DNA from: Nannocystis pusilla
GTDB taxonomy: Bacteria > Myxococcota_A > Polyangia > Nannocystales > Nannocystaceae
DNA length: 64,000 nt
Reading direction: 5' to 3' (one strand)
NCBI RefSeq assembly: GCF_049337375.1
Contig: NZ_JBMPIV010000015.1
In this document: one piece after another, positions 21,779 to 31,726 of the stretch
Layout: every line of letters begins with the position of its first letter
How positions within the stretch are numbered: position 1 is the first letter of the stretch
The notes under the pieces: model-generated
Database searches by the model: none
What the model saw: the letters and a program-made list of their open reading frames with translations, nothing else
What the model was told of the DNA's origin: nothing
Made by a program: the position numbers and the translations under genes

Positions 21779-24192
21779 TTGCGCGTAGCAACCCCGTCCG
21801 CCCGACTGCTTTGGGCCTCGTCTCTCTCGGTCTGGCCGCTCTGACGCTCGGCCCGACCACCGTCTCCGCGCAGGATCCGACCACCGGCGCGCCCAGCCGC
21901 GGCGGCGAGCTGATCGGCGACGAGGGCGGCGGCACGCCCGGCGGCGGCCCGATCCCGTTCAACACGTGCAAGAAGACCCCGCGCGGGGCCAAGTTCACGA
22001 TCACGTTGCCGAAGGAGACCGAGCTCGAGGACCTCGTCAACTGGATCATGTCGATCACGTGTCAGAAGTTCATCTGGGACCGCAAGGTGCGGTCCGGCAA
22101 GGTGACCATCCTGTCGCCCGAGCCGGTCACGGCCGAGGAGGCCTACGCGGCCTTCTACGCCGCGCTCGAGACGATGGGCCTGACCGTGGAGCCCTCGGGT
22201 CGCTACTTCAAGATCGTCGAGACCACCGACGCCAAGAACCGCACGCTGCCGACCTACGGCGACGACGCCAACGCGCCCAACAGCGACCGCTTCGTCACCA
22301 AGCTGATGCGCGTCAAGCACGGCAACAGCAAGGAGATCAGCGACGTCCTCGGCCAGCTCAAGAGCAAGTCGGGCAGCGTCGACCTGGTCGGCAACCTCCT
22401 CATCATCACCGATAAGGGCTCGATGGTGCGGCGGCTCGAGACCTTCGCCGCCGAGCTCGATCAGCCGATGGGCAGCGAGAAGATCTTCTTCTACCAGCTG
22501 CAGTACGCCAACGCCGAGGAGGTCGCGCAGATCATCCGCGACATCTTCGGCGAGGCCAAGGCCAGCGGCGGCGGTGGTGGCGGCGGCGGCGGGGCCACGG
22601 GCGGCCGCGCCGGTCGGCGGGCCGGCGGTGGCGGCGGTGGCGGCGGTCAGACCGACTCGGCGATCAGCCGCGTGATCGTCGACGAGCGCAGCAGCACCCT
22701 CATCATCGTCACCACCGAGTCCGACTACGTCGTCATCCGCAAGCTGATCGAGCGCCTCGACGTCAAGCTGCCCGGCGGCGGCGGCCGGATCCACGTCTAC
22801 AAGCTCAAGAACGCCGACGCCACCGAGGTCGCGCAGGTGCTGTCGCAGCTGGCCACCGGCGCCAAGCAGGCGGCCCAGGCCTCGCAGCAGGGCGGGCAGA
22901 AGCCGCCCGCGGGCAACCCGGTCAGCGCCGACCTGTTCTCCGGCGACGTCAAGGTCACGCCCGACCCGGCCACGCGCTCGCTGGTCATCATCGCCTCCGC
23001 GGCCGACTACAAGAACTTGGAGCCGGTGATCGAGAAGCTCGACCGCGAGCGGCGCCAGCTCTACATCGAGATCTACATGCTCGAGGTGAGCATCAAGCAC
23101 AGCACCGACGCCGGCGCGGGCGGCCACTTCGGCTACCCGATCAGCACCGAGCTCGGCGGCACCGCCGGCACCGCGATCGGCATGGTGGGCAGCGCGCCGA
23201 CGCCCGCGCTCAACTCGCTGCTGCTCTCGCCCGACTCGCTGAAGAACTTCACCCTCGGCCTCATCGGTCCCCCGCTGCTCAACTCCGGCACCATCCTCGG
23301 CACCGGCCGCGACGTGCCGGCCTTCGGCGCCATCATCCAGGCGCTGCAGAGCAACAGCGACGTCAACGTCGTCAGCGAGCCGCACATGTACGCGGCCGAC
23401 AACCAGGAGGCCACCATCGAGGTCGGCCGCAACGTCCCGACCCCGGGCGCCCTGTCCTTCGGAGCAGGTGGCGGCGGCGGCACCGGCCTGGTCCCGCTGC
23501 AGTCGGTCGAGCGTCAGGACGTCACCCTGCGCATCAAGGTCAAGCCCTACATCAACGACGAGCGCAACGTGACGATGGACGTCGAGGTCGAGGACCGCGA
23601 CATCACCGAGAAGGACCCGGTCCTCGGCGTCACCACCACCAAGCGGCGCATCAAGCTCGACAAGATCGTCGGCCGCGACGGCCAGCCGGTCGTGCTCGGC
23701 GGCCTCATCCGCGACCGCGAGAGCGAGAACGTCAAGCAGGTCCCCGGCCTCGGCTCGATCCCGCTCCTGGGCTGGCTGTTCAAGAACCGCGTCAAGGAGA
23801 AGGAGAAGATCAACCTCCTCCTCGTCATGGTCCCGCACATCATCGACAGCCCCGACGACGTGCGCCGGATCCACGAGCGGCGCGACAAGGAGCGGCTCGA
23901 GTTCATCGAGCGCGAGACCAACTTCCGCAAGCGCGAGCTCAAGAGCAACATCAACTACCGCAAGAAGTCCGGCATCTTGGCCGCGATCGACAAGGAGGCC
24001 CGGCGCATGGAGCAGGAGGAGCTGCTGCTGCGCCGCGCCGAGGAGGAGATGCGGCGCGAGATCATCACCGGCGAGCTCGGCCTCAGCCCGCGCTCCGCGG
24101 TCGACGACAACGTCGGCGGCGGCGACGGCGGGGGCGGCGGCGCGCCGCCCGCGACGGTGAACCCGGCGCCGGTGATCCGGCGCGAGCCCTGA
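21775..24192 (+). CDS. gspD: Type II secretion system secretin GspD
   Basis: Signal peptide, N0-N3 domains, and secretin domain (VPGLGSIPLLGWLFKNRVKEKEKINLLLVMVPHII). Contains a poly-Gly linker. 805 aa. Confidence 0.95.
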   Translation: MIARSNPVRPTALGLVSLGLAALTLGPTTVSAQDPTTGAPSRGGELIGDEGGGTPGGGPIPFNTCKKTPRGAKFTITLPKETELEDLVNWIMSITCQKFIWDRKVRSGKVTILSPEPVTAEEAYAAFYAALETMGLTVEPSGRYFKIVETTDAKNRTLPTYGDDANAPNSDRFVTKLMRVKHGNSKEISDVLGQLKSKSGSVDLVGNLLIITDKGSMVRRLETFAAELDQPMGSEKIFFYQLQYANAEEVAQIIRDIFGEAKASGGGGGGGGGATGGRAGRRAGGGGGGGGQTDSAISRVIVDERSSTLIIVTTESDYVVIRKLIERLDVKLPGGGGRIHVYKLKNADATEVAQVLSQLATGAKQAAQASQQGGQKPPAGNPVSADLFSGDVKVTPDPATRSLVIIASAADYKNLEPVIEKLDRERRQLYIEIYMLEVSIKHSTDAGAGGHFGYPISTELGGTAGTAIGMVGSAPTPALNSLLLSPDSLKNFTLGLIGPPLLNSGTILGTGRDVPAFGAIIQALQSNSDVNVVSEPHMYAADNQEATIEVGRNVPTPGALSFGAGGGGGTGLVPLQSVERQDVTLRIKVKPYINDERNVTMDVEVEDRDITEKDPVLGVTTTKRRIKLDKIVGRDGQPVVLGGLIRDRESENVKQVPGLGSIPLLGWLFKNRVKEKEKINLLLVMVPHIIDSPDDVRRIHERRDKERLEFIERETNFRKRELKSNINYRKKSGILAAIDKEARRMEQEELLLRRAEEEMRREIITGELGLSPRSAVDDNVGGGDGGGGGAPPATVNPAPVIRREP

Positions 24193-24211
24193 AGCTATCC
24201 TGTTGTCTGAG

Positions 24212-26059
24212 ATGCCCATGGACACCGCCCTCAAGACCACCGCAGAACGCAACGCCGGCTCGACCTTCGCGCCGCTCGGGGTCCGTCCGCTCGCGCGCCC
24301 GCTCGGCGAGATCTTGATCGAGATGGGCTGCGTCACCGCCGAGGCGCTCGCCGAGGGCCTGCAGGCGCAGCACCTCGAGGGCGAGAAGATCGGCGAGACG
24401 CTGGTGCGGCTCAAGCACTGCTCCGAGTGGGACCTCGCGCGCGGCCTGGCGCGGCAGTTCGGCCTGCCTGCCCGCGAGAACACCGAGATCAGCGACATCC
24501 AGGACGAGCTGGTCGAGCAGCTGCCGATCCAGTACGCGCGCGCCAACAAGGTCCTCCCGTACCGCCTCGACCGCGAGCGCGGCGTGCTCAGCGTCTACGC
24601 GGCCGATCCGCTGCGGCTGCTCGACCTCGACGACCTCGGCACCCTCTACGACGCCGACGTCGACGTCACGCTGATGCCGGAGTCGAACGTCCTCGAGATC
24701 ATCAACCGCACCTACGCGCGGCGCACCAAGGACGTCGACCTCGAGAAGAAGGAAGAGGAGTACGAGGAGGAGGACGAGGACATCCTGCACGCCTCGGCCG
24801 AGGACGCGCCGATCATCCGCTTCGTCAACAGCCTGATCTTCAACGCCTCGAAGGAGAAGGCCAGCGACATCCACATCGAGCCCGGCGACAAGGAGATCAT
24901 CGTTCGCAACCGCGTCGACGGCGTGCTGCACGAGGTCAAGCGGGCCCCCAAGGCGCACCTCCCCAGCGTCATCGCCCGCGTCAAGATCATGGCGGGCCTC
25001 AACATTGCCGAGAAGCGGCTGCCGCAGGACGGCCGCATCCGCCGCAAGATCGCCGGCAAGGAGGTCGACATGCGCGTCGCCACCGTGCCCACGGCCCACG
25101 GCGAGCGCGTCACCGTCCGTCTCCTCGACAAGTCCGCCGTCGCGCTCAAGCTCGACAACATCGGCATCGCGGCCGACCACCTGCGGATGATCCGCGACGT
25201 CATCAACCGACCGCACGGCATCTTCCTCGTCACCGGCCCGACCGGTTCGGGCAAGACGACCACGCTGTACTCGGCGCTGACCGAGATCAACACGCCGGAC
25301 CTCAACATCCTCACCGTCGAGGACCCGGTCGAGTACCAGCTCGCCGGCATCTCGCAGGTGCAGGTGCAGAGCAAGATCAACCTGACCTTCGCGGCCGGCC
25401 TGCGCTCCTTCCTGCGCCACGACCCGGACGTGATCATGGTCGGCGAGATCCGCGACGTCGAGACCGCCGAGATCGCGATCCAGGCGTCGCTCACCGGTCA
25501 CTTGGTGCTCAGCACCATCCACACCAACGACGCCGCGACCGGCATCACGCGCCTGGTCGACATGGGCGTGCAGCCGTTCCTGGTCGCCTCGTCGCTGGTC
25601 GCGCTGCAGGCCCAGCGCCTGATCCGCCGCGTCTGCGTCCACTGCTGCGAGCCGTACCGGCCGTCGGCGACCGAGCTCGAGGAGATCGGCATCATCCCCG
25701 CGGCCTTCTACGCCGGCGAGCAGGCGCTCAAGGTGCCGGTGCGCGACGAGAACGGCGAGGTCATACCGCTGTCGGTGCCCGAGCCGCGGCGGCTGCCGCC
25801 GCGCGGTCACGTCTACCGGGCCGTCGGCTGCGACAAGTGCCAGGGCAGCGGCTACTCCGGGCGAACCGGCGTGTACGAGGTCTTGATGGTCAGCGAAGAG
25901 GTCCGCCGCCTGGCGATCCGCAACGCCGACGCCATGCAGATCAAGCAGGCGGCGCTGGCTCAGGGCCTGCGCACGCTCCGCGACGACGGCGCGCACAAGG
26001 TCGTCTGCGGCATCAGCACCCTCGACGAGGTCCTGCGCGCGACCTCGGTGGAGTCGTAA
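24212..26059 (+). CDS. gspE: Type II secretion ATPase GspE
   Basis: T2SSE N-terminal domain. Walker A GPTGSGKTTT, Asp box, Walker B, His box. Tetracysteine Zn motif CVHCC...CDKCQGSG. The ORF track starts at TTG 24203; the first ATG is 24212. Confidence 0.95.
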   Translation: MPMDTALKTTAERNAGSTFAPLGVRPLARPLGEILIEMGCVTAEALAEGLQAQHLEGEKIGETLVRLKHCSEWDLARGLARQFGLPARENTEISDIQDELVEQLPIQYARANKVLPYRLDRERGVLSVYAADPLRLLDLDDLGTLYDADVDVTLMPESNVLEIINRTYARRTKDVDLEKKEEEYEEEDEDILHASAEDAPIIRFVNSLIFNASKEKASDIHIEPGDKEIIVRNRVDGVLHEVKRAPKAHLPSVIARVKIMAGLNIAEKRLPQDGRIRRKIAGKEVDMRVATVPTAHGERVTVRLLDKSAVALKLDNIGIAADHLRMIRDVINRPHGIFLVTGPTGSGKTTTLYSALTEINTPDLNILTVEDPVEYQLAGISQVQVQSKINLTFAAGLRSFLRHDPDVIMVGEIRDVETAEIAIQASLTGHLVLSTIHTNDAATGITRLVDMGVQPFLVASSLVALQAQRLIRRVCVHCCEPYRPSATELEEIGIIPAAFYAGEQALKVPVRDENGEVIPLSVPEPRRLPPRGHVYRAVGCDKCQGSGYSGRTGVYEVLMVSEEVRRLAIRNADAMQIKQAALAQGLRTLRDDGAHKVVCGISTLDEVLRATSVES

Positions 26060-26065
26060 CGAAGC

Positions 26066-27304
26066 ATGCCGGCGTACGCGTACACGGGCCTGCGCAAGGA
26101 CGGCAAGACGGTCAAGGGCGTCGAGTCGGCCGACACGGTCGCCGCGCTCAAGGCCAACCTCAAGCGCGCCGGCATCTTCCTCACCGCGGTCAGCGAGACC
26201 ACGGCGCAGGTGGCGGCCGCGGGCGGGGCGGGGGGGCGCGAGGTCGACCTCGGGGCGCTGTTCGACCGCATCTCGCAGAAGACGGTTTCGCGCACCACGC
26301 GGCTTTTGGCCACGCTGCTGTGCGCCGGCGTCACGCTGCCCGAGTCGCTGTCGGCGATCACCGAGCAGAGCGAGAGCCGGCGGCTCAAGGGCATCCTCAG
26401 CGACATCGCCAACAAGGTGAACGAGGGCAGCTCGCTGGCCGACGCCTGCGCCCGCTACCCCGACGTGTTCCAGCCGCTGTTCATCAACATGGTCCGCGCG
26501 GGCGAGGCGTCCGGCTCGCTCGAGACCGTGCTCCTGCGCATCGCCGACTTCATGGATCAGCAGGAGGAGCTGAAGGGCAAGGTCACCTCGGCGATGATCT
26601 ACCCGGCGATCATGACCGTGCTGTCGGGCGGCATCATCACGATGCTGATGCTCAACGTGGTCCCGCAGATCACGGAGATGTTCGAGGGCATGAACGCCCA
26701 GCTGCCGTGGAACACCGCGTTCCTGATCTGGCTCAGCGACTTCATCGCCGCCTGGTGGTTCATGATCATCGTCGGCTTCTTCGCCGCCGGCTGGCTGTTC
26801 CGCCGCTGGCGCAAGACCGACATCGGCCGCGCGACCGGCGACACCATCCTGCTCAAGCTGCCGATCATCGGCGACCTCGCACGCAAGCTGGCGATCGCGC
26901 GGTTCGCCCGTACACTTGCGACCATGCTCGCCAGCGGCGTGCAGCTGCTCGCGGCGCTCGACATCGTGCGGGCGCTGCTCGGCAACTGGGTGCTCGAGAA
27001 GGTCGTCGCCACCGCCCGCGACAACATCCGCGAGGGCGAGGGCATCGCCCCGGCGCTCAAGCGCAGCGGCCAGTTCCCGGCCCTGGTGACGCACATGATC
27101 TCGGTCGGCGAGCGCTCCGGTCAGCTCGAGCAGATGCTCACCGACGTCGCCAACGCCTACGACCGCGAGGTCAACACCGCGCTCACGCGCATGACCGCGC
27201 TGCTGGAGCCCCTCATGATCGTGCTCATGGGCGGCAGCGTCGGCTTTATCGTGTTCTCGATCATGCAGCCGATCATGATGCTCAACGAAATGGCCGCGCA
27301 GTAG
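26066..27304 (+). CDS. gspF: Type II secretion inner-membrane platform protein GspF
   Basis: Two T2SSF repeats and three TM segments. Typical motif VGERSGQLEQML. 412 aa. Confidence 0.95.
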   Translation: MPAYAYTGLRKDGKTVKGVESADTVAALKANLKRAGIFLTAVSETTAQVAAAGGAGGREVDLGALFDRISQKTVSRTTRLLATLLCAGVTLPESLSAITEQSESRRLKGILSDIANKVNEGSSLADACARYPDVFQPLFINMVRAGEASGSLETVLLRIADFMDQQEELKGKVTSAMIYPAIMTVLSGGIITMLMLNVVPQITEMFEGMNAQLPWNTAFLIWLSDFIAAWWFMIIVGFFAAGWLFRRWRKTDIGRATGDTILLKLPIIGDLARKLAIARFARTLATMLASGVQLLAALDIVRALLGNWVLEKVVATARDNIREGEGIAPALKRSGQFPALVTHMISVGERSGQLEQMLTDVANAYDREVNTALTRMTALLEPLMIVLMGGSVGFIVFSIMQPIMMLNEMAAQ

Positions 27305-27330
27305 CCCGAGTACCTCAGGAGAGACCACCC

Positions 27331-27777
27331 ATGAATCCGCAACTTCACACCGTCCGCCAGGCCGTCCGCCGCCGTCGTCAGAGCCGCGGCATGACGCTGA
27401 TCGAGATCCTCGTCGTGCTGGCGATCATCGGCCTCATCGTCGGCGGCGTCAGCGTCGTCGCCTTCAACGCGCTCTCGGACTCGAAGGTCAAGGTCGCCTA
27501 CAACGAGGTGGTCGAGATCCAGAAGCTCAGCGAGCAGTACATGCTGCAGAAGAACGACAAGTGCCCGAAGAGCATGGCGGACCTCAAGGCCGCCGGCGTC
27601 ACGGCGCGCGTCAAGAAGGACCCGTGGGGCGAGGAGTACGTCATCGTCTGCCCCGGTCAGCACGGTCCGGTCGACGTCACCTCCAACGGCCCCGACAAGA
27701 AGCCGTCCGGCGGCGACGATGTCAACAGCTGGGAGGACCCGAAGGAGATCGAGGCCGCCAAGGAGGAGAAGAAGTGA
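27331..27777 (+). CDS. gspG: Major pseudopilin GspG
   Basis: Prepilin leader ...RQSRG|MTLIEILVVLAIIGLIVGG with Glu+5. GspG core DPWGEEYVIVCPG...GGDDVNSWE. Embedded in the long spurious ORF 24427..27777; the ATG at 27331 is in frame. Confidence 0.9.
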   Translation: MNPQLHTVRQAVRRRRQSRGMTLIEILVVLAIIGLIVGGVSVVAFNALSDSKVKVAYNEVVEIQKLSEQYMLQKNDKCPKSMADLKAAGVTARVKKDPWGEEYVIVCPGQHGPVDVTSNGPDKKPSGGDDVNSWEDPKEIEAAKEEKK

Positions 27778-27818
27778 TCGGGCGCTAGCCCCGATCGTTC
27801 TCTCCCGCGAGGATCGTC

Positions 27819-28820
27819 ATGGCCATGCGGAGTCGACATCAAGCAGCGCGCGCTCGGCGAGGGAGCCTCGGCTTCACGTTGATCGAGGTCCTCGTGGTCA
27901 TGGGGATCCTCGCGCTGCTGATCGGCTCGGTGATCACCGGCCTCGGCGCCAGCAAGCAGGCGCAGGTGGCCCGCGTCACCAACCAGCTCGCCAACACGAT
28001 CCGCTTCGCCTACAACAAGGCCCGCGTCACCGGCACCTACTACCGCCTCCTCATCGACATCGACAAGAACTCCTTCACCATGCAGCGCGGCGACGACCGC
28101 ATGTACCTGCCCGCGACCGACCGCTACGGCCGGATCGTCGTCATCGACCCGGGCAAGGTGAAGGAGAAAGAGGAGCGGGACAAGCGGGCCGAGGAGAACT
28201 ACAACCGCTCGCTGCAGGCGCGCGTCCTCGACGCCGTCAAGGGCGCGCCGGTCGGCAAGCCGGGCCAGACCATGGGCCCGATGGGGCAGCCGATGGCGAG
28301 CGTGGCCCAGGGGACAGGTACTCCGGGACAGCCGACGAAGGCCGGCACCCCGGGCGCGCCGGCGACCCCCGGGCAGCCCGCGGCGGCCGGTGCGGCCAAG
28401 CCGGGCACCACGCCGTCCTCCGGCCAGTCGCTCGACAAGTACATCACGCCGCCGAAGAAGGTCCCGCGGCGCAAGCCGCCGATCTTCGGCGCCTTCGAGG
28501 ACGACAACAGCCTGTCGGAGCTGCGCAAGCCGTTCAAGTTCCCGGCGGAGGTCAAGGTCATCGCCGTGCGCACCGCCGAGGACCTCAAGCCGATCACCAA
28601 GGGCGAGGCGAGCCTCTACTTCTTCCCGCAGGGCCACACCCAGCTGGCGCACATCCACGTGCAAGAGGTCGCCAACCCGGAGAACGAGTTCACCATCATC
28701 GTCAAGCCGCTGACCGGCCGCGTCGAGGTCAAGGAGGGCCACATCGACCTGGCGCTGCAGGAGGACCCGACGGCGATCCGCGACGACCTCGGCAAGAAGA
28801 TGAACCGGAGGGCGTTCTGA
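27819..28820 (+). CDS. gspH: Minor pseudopilin GspH-like
   Basis: Prepilin N-terminus G|FTLIEVLVVMGILALLIG. Long periplasmic domain with a Pro/Gly-rich insert. Confidence 0.8.
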   Translation: MAMRSRHQAARARRGSLGFTLIEVLVVMGILALLIGSVITGLGASKQAQVARVTNQLANTIRFAYNKARVTGTYYRLLIDIDKNSFTMQRGDDRMYLPATDRYGRIVVIDPGKVKEKEERDKRAEENYNRSLQARVLDAVKGAPVGKPGQTMGPMGQPMASVAQGTGTPGQPTKAGTPGAPATPGQPAAAGAAKPGTTPSSGQSLDKYITPPKKVPRRKPPIFGAFEDDNSLSELRKPFKFPAEVKVIAVRTAEDLKPITKGEASLYFFPQGHTQLAHIHVQEVANPENEFTIIVKPLTGRVEVKEGHIDLALQEDPTAIRDDLGKKMNRRAF

Positions 28821-28821
28821 C

Positions 28822-29580
28822 ATGACCTCGCGCGACACCAAGCGCCCGCGGCTGCGGCCGCCCGAGCAGCGCTACGCCGCGGCAGGCTTCACCCTGCTCG
28901 AGGTCATGATCGCCATGGCCGTGCTGGCGCTGTCGCTGACCTCGATGCTCACGTCGCAGATGGCCAGCCTGCGGGCCACTCGCTACGCCCAGACCATCAC
29001 CTCGGTGGCGTTCCTCGCCGACTACCAGCTCATCGAGACCGAGTACATCGTCCGCAAGGAGGGCGGCTGGGTGCTCGAGGACAAGTTCTACGAGGGCACC
29101 TTCGCCGACCAGGGCTGGCCCGACGTCAAGTACAAGTGCATCGTCGACTTCCTCAAGCTGCCGGAGTTCACCGAGCTGCGCGCGGCCAAGGACGACACCG
29201 ACCGGGCCAACCGCGGCGAGAGCAGCATGTACTACCGCAGCGCCGCCGATCAGGCGTTCACGGCGCTCGGCATGGTCTGGACCCCGGTCAAGCAGGCGAT
29301 CGAGCGCTCGATCCGCAAGGTCAAGTGCACGGTCAAGTGGAAGAACGGCAACCTCGACGAGGAGTTCATCGTCAACACCTTCTGGGCCGACCCGGAGAAG
29401 CTCAAGCAGCTGCCCGGCCTCGGCGGCGAGGCGAAGGAGGGCGACCTCGGCGACGAGAAGCCGCAGGGCGGCGGGGCCGGGACCGGCACAGGGACCGGCG
29501 CCGGGGCGCAGCCGGCCGGCGGGCGCCAGACGGGCGCGACGGGGCCGGGGGCGAGCATGGGCATGGGAGGGAAGCGATGA
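28822..29580 (+). CDS. gspI: Minor pseudopilin GspI-like
   Basis: AAG|FTLLEVMIAMAVLAL prepilin motif. 252 aa with a Gly-rich tail. Stop overlaps gspJ start (ATGA at 29577-29580). Confidence 0.8.
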   Translation: MTSRDTKRPRLRPPEQRYAAAGFTLLEVMIAMAVLALSLTSMLTSQMASLRATRYAQTITSVAFLADYQLIETEYIVRKEGGWVLEDKFYEGTFADQGWPDVKYKCIVDFLKLPEFTELRAAKDDTDRANRGESSMYYRSAADQAFTALGMVWTPVKQAIERSIRKVKCTVKWKNGNLDEEFIVNTFWADPEKLKQLPGLGGEAKEGDLGDEKPQGGGAGTGTGTGAGAQPAGGRQTGATGPGASMGMGGKR

Positions 29581-30302
29581 GCACCATCGGCCATGTCGTT
29601 CCGACCATGTCCTCCAGGACATCCCGCCAGCGCGGCCTGTCGCTGATCGAGATCCTCGTCGCGGTGGCGATGATGACGATGATGACCGCGTCGGTCTACG
29701 CCAGCTTCAGCACCACGGCGCAGAGCATGCGTTCGGCGGAGAAGACTCAGCAGAAGTACGCGGTGCTGCGCAACTGCCTGGCGCGCATGGGCACCGAGGT
29801 CTCGCTGGCGTACCTGTCGCACAACCGCCCGGCCGGCGACGACAAGCACTACACGCTGTTCGAGGGCCGCGACCAGTTCAACTCCGACAGCCTGACGTTC
29901 TCGGCGTTCGCCCACATCCGCATGCGCAAGGACGCCAACGAGAGCGATCAGTCGGTCGTCCAGTACTTCCTCGCCAAGGACCCGAACGACGCCAACCGCA
30001 CCCACCTCTTCAAGCGCGAGACGCGGCGGCTGATGGGCGACGTGCCGGAGAAGATGGAGGAGTGGTGGCCGGCCTACGTGTTCTGCGAGGACATCAAGTC
30101 GTTCGACGTCAAGTTCTGGGACGTCAAGCGCATCGAGTGGCGCGACGAGTGGCGCACGATGAAGCAGGACATGCAGCCCAACCGCCTGCCCGAGCGCGTG
30201 AAGATCACCCTCGGCGTGTGGGACGCGGACCTCGGCAAGGAGGTCAAGTACGTGACCCAGACCCTCATCCCGATGCAGGAGCGCATCGACTTCTCCCGCT
30301 GA
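29577..30302 (+). CDS. gspJ: Minor pseudopilin GspJ-like
   Basis: QRG|LSLIEILVAVAMM prepilin motif. RBS GGGAGGGAAG upstream. 241 aa. The upstream part of ORF 29136..30302 was rejected. Confidence 0.8.
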   Translation: MSTIGHVVPTMSSRTSRQRGLSLIEILVAVAMMTMMTASVYASFSTTAQSMRSAEKTQQKYAVLRNCLARMGTEVSLAYLSHNRPAGDDKHYTLFEGRDQFNSDSLTFSAFAHIRMRKDANESDQSVVQYFLAKDPNDANRTHLFKRETRRLMGDVPEKMEEWWPAYVFCEDIKSFDVKFWDVKRIEWRDEWRTMKQDMQPNRLPERVKITLGVWDADLGKEVKYVTQTLIPMQERIDFSR

Positions 30303-30315
30303 AAGGCCCCCGCCC

Positions 30316-31686
30316 GTGACCGCCCACGCCGACACCGCCAAGCCCAAGCGACATGTCCGTCCGGCCAGGTCCGGCGCGGCGCGTCGGCGCGGCGGCGGCA
30401 AGGAGCACGGCATCGCGCTGCTGATGGTGCTGGCCTGCATCGCGGTGCTGCTGCCGTTCACCGCCGCGTTCAGCTACACCACGCGCGTCGACTGGCAGGC
30501 CGCGATCAACCTGCGCGACGAGATCTCGGCGCGCAACCTGACCCGCGGCGGGATGCGCCTGTCGCTGCTGCTGTTCGAGCTGCAGCGCATGGTGTTCAAC
30601 CAGAAGCAGTTCCGGCAGATGCTCGGCACCTGGGACATCACCCAGGTCGCGCCGTACCTGATGTCGGCGTTCGGCTCGAAGGACGGTCACGAGGCCATCT
30701 CGGGCCTGGTCGGCCTCGACAACTCGACCTTCAAGGATCTCGCCATCGACCACGGCGGCTTCGAGATCCGCGTCGAGGCCGAGAGCGGCAAGCTCAACGT
30801 CAACTGCCTGGCGTCGGCCGGGCAGGGCAAGGACAACTCGCAGGCGCGCACCGTCGAGACGCTCGAGGCGATGCTGATGCCGACGCTCTACGACCCGCTG
30901 TTCGACGAGGAGAAGAGCGACGGCCAGCGCTACACCCGGGCCGACGTCATCAAGGCGATCGTCGACTACATCGACGAGGACAACAAGTCCTGGGACATGG
31001 TCAAGCTGGCGTCGTCGTCGACGCAGGAGCGCTACCGCTACACCGAGATCTTCGACCCGTACCAGCCGCGCAACGCCCGGATCGACAGCGTCGAGGAGCT
31101 GCACCTGGTCCAGGGCGTCGACGACGACCTGATGACGGCGATCGCCGCCGACCTCACCGTCTACGGCGGCTGCAAGGTCAACCTCAACTTCGCCAGCGCC
31201 GACCAGATCGCGCTGGTGCTGCGCCACTCGGTCACCGAAGAGGACAAGTGGAAGACCGAGGGCGAGAACTTCCTGATCAAGACGCTGCCGCTGGCCCGCT
31301 ACGTGGTCGACACGCGGACGATGAGCCTGTTCGCCGACATGAAGGCGTTCAAGGAGTTCGTCGAGAAGCCCGACAAGTTCATGAACCCGCTGGCCGCGCT
31401 CGGCGGCGGCGGGGCGGCCGGGCAGGCGCTCAACCGGGCCAACCTGCCGCGCATCCCCGAGGGCATGAACATCCGCGAGAACAGCGAGGAGAACAAGGAC
31501 TCGGGCGAGCAGCTCGGCGGCCTCAGCGACATCGCCACCATCGCCCCCGAGCGGGTCTATCGCATCGAGATCATCGCCGAGGTCGGCGCGGTCAAGAAGC
31601 GCCTCACCGCGATCTACGACATGCAATTCGTCCGCAGCGAGGGCGCGAAGGGCACCGGCGCGTGGCTCTACCTGCGCGAGGACTGA
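30316..31686 (+). CDS. gspK: Minor pseudopilin GspK-like
   Basis: GIALLMVLACIAVLL N-terminal helix, large periplasmic domain. Position after gspJ is conserved. GTG start. Confidence 0.8.
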   Translation: MTAHADTAKPKRHVRPARSGAARRRGGGKEHGIALLMVLACIAVLLPFTAAFSYTTRVDWQAAINLRDEISARNLTRGGMRLSLLLFELQRMVFNQKQFRQMLGTWDITQVAPYLMSAFGSKDGHEAISGLVGLDNSTFKDLAIDHGGFEIRVEAESGKLNVNCLASAGQGKDNSQARTVETLEAMLMPTLYDPLFDEEKSDGQRYTRADVIKAIVDYIDEDNKSWDMVKLASSSTQERYRYTEIFDPYQPRNARIDSVEELHLVQGVDDDLMTAIAADLTVYGGCKVNLNFASADQIALVLRHSVTEEDKWKTEGENFLIKTLPLARYVVDTRTMSLFADMKAFKEFVEKPDKFMNPLAALGGGGAAGQALNRANLPRIPEGMNIRENSEENKDSGEQLGGLSDIATIAPERVYRIEIIAEVGAVKKRLTAIYDMQFVRSEGAKGTGAWLYLRED

Positions 31687-31726
31687 TCTCCATGGCTCTC
31701 ATCTTCAACCGCAAGGACTGCCGCAC

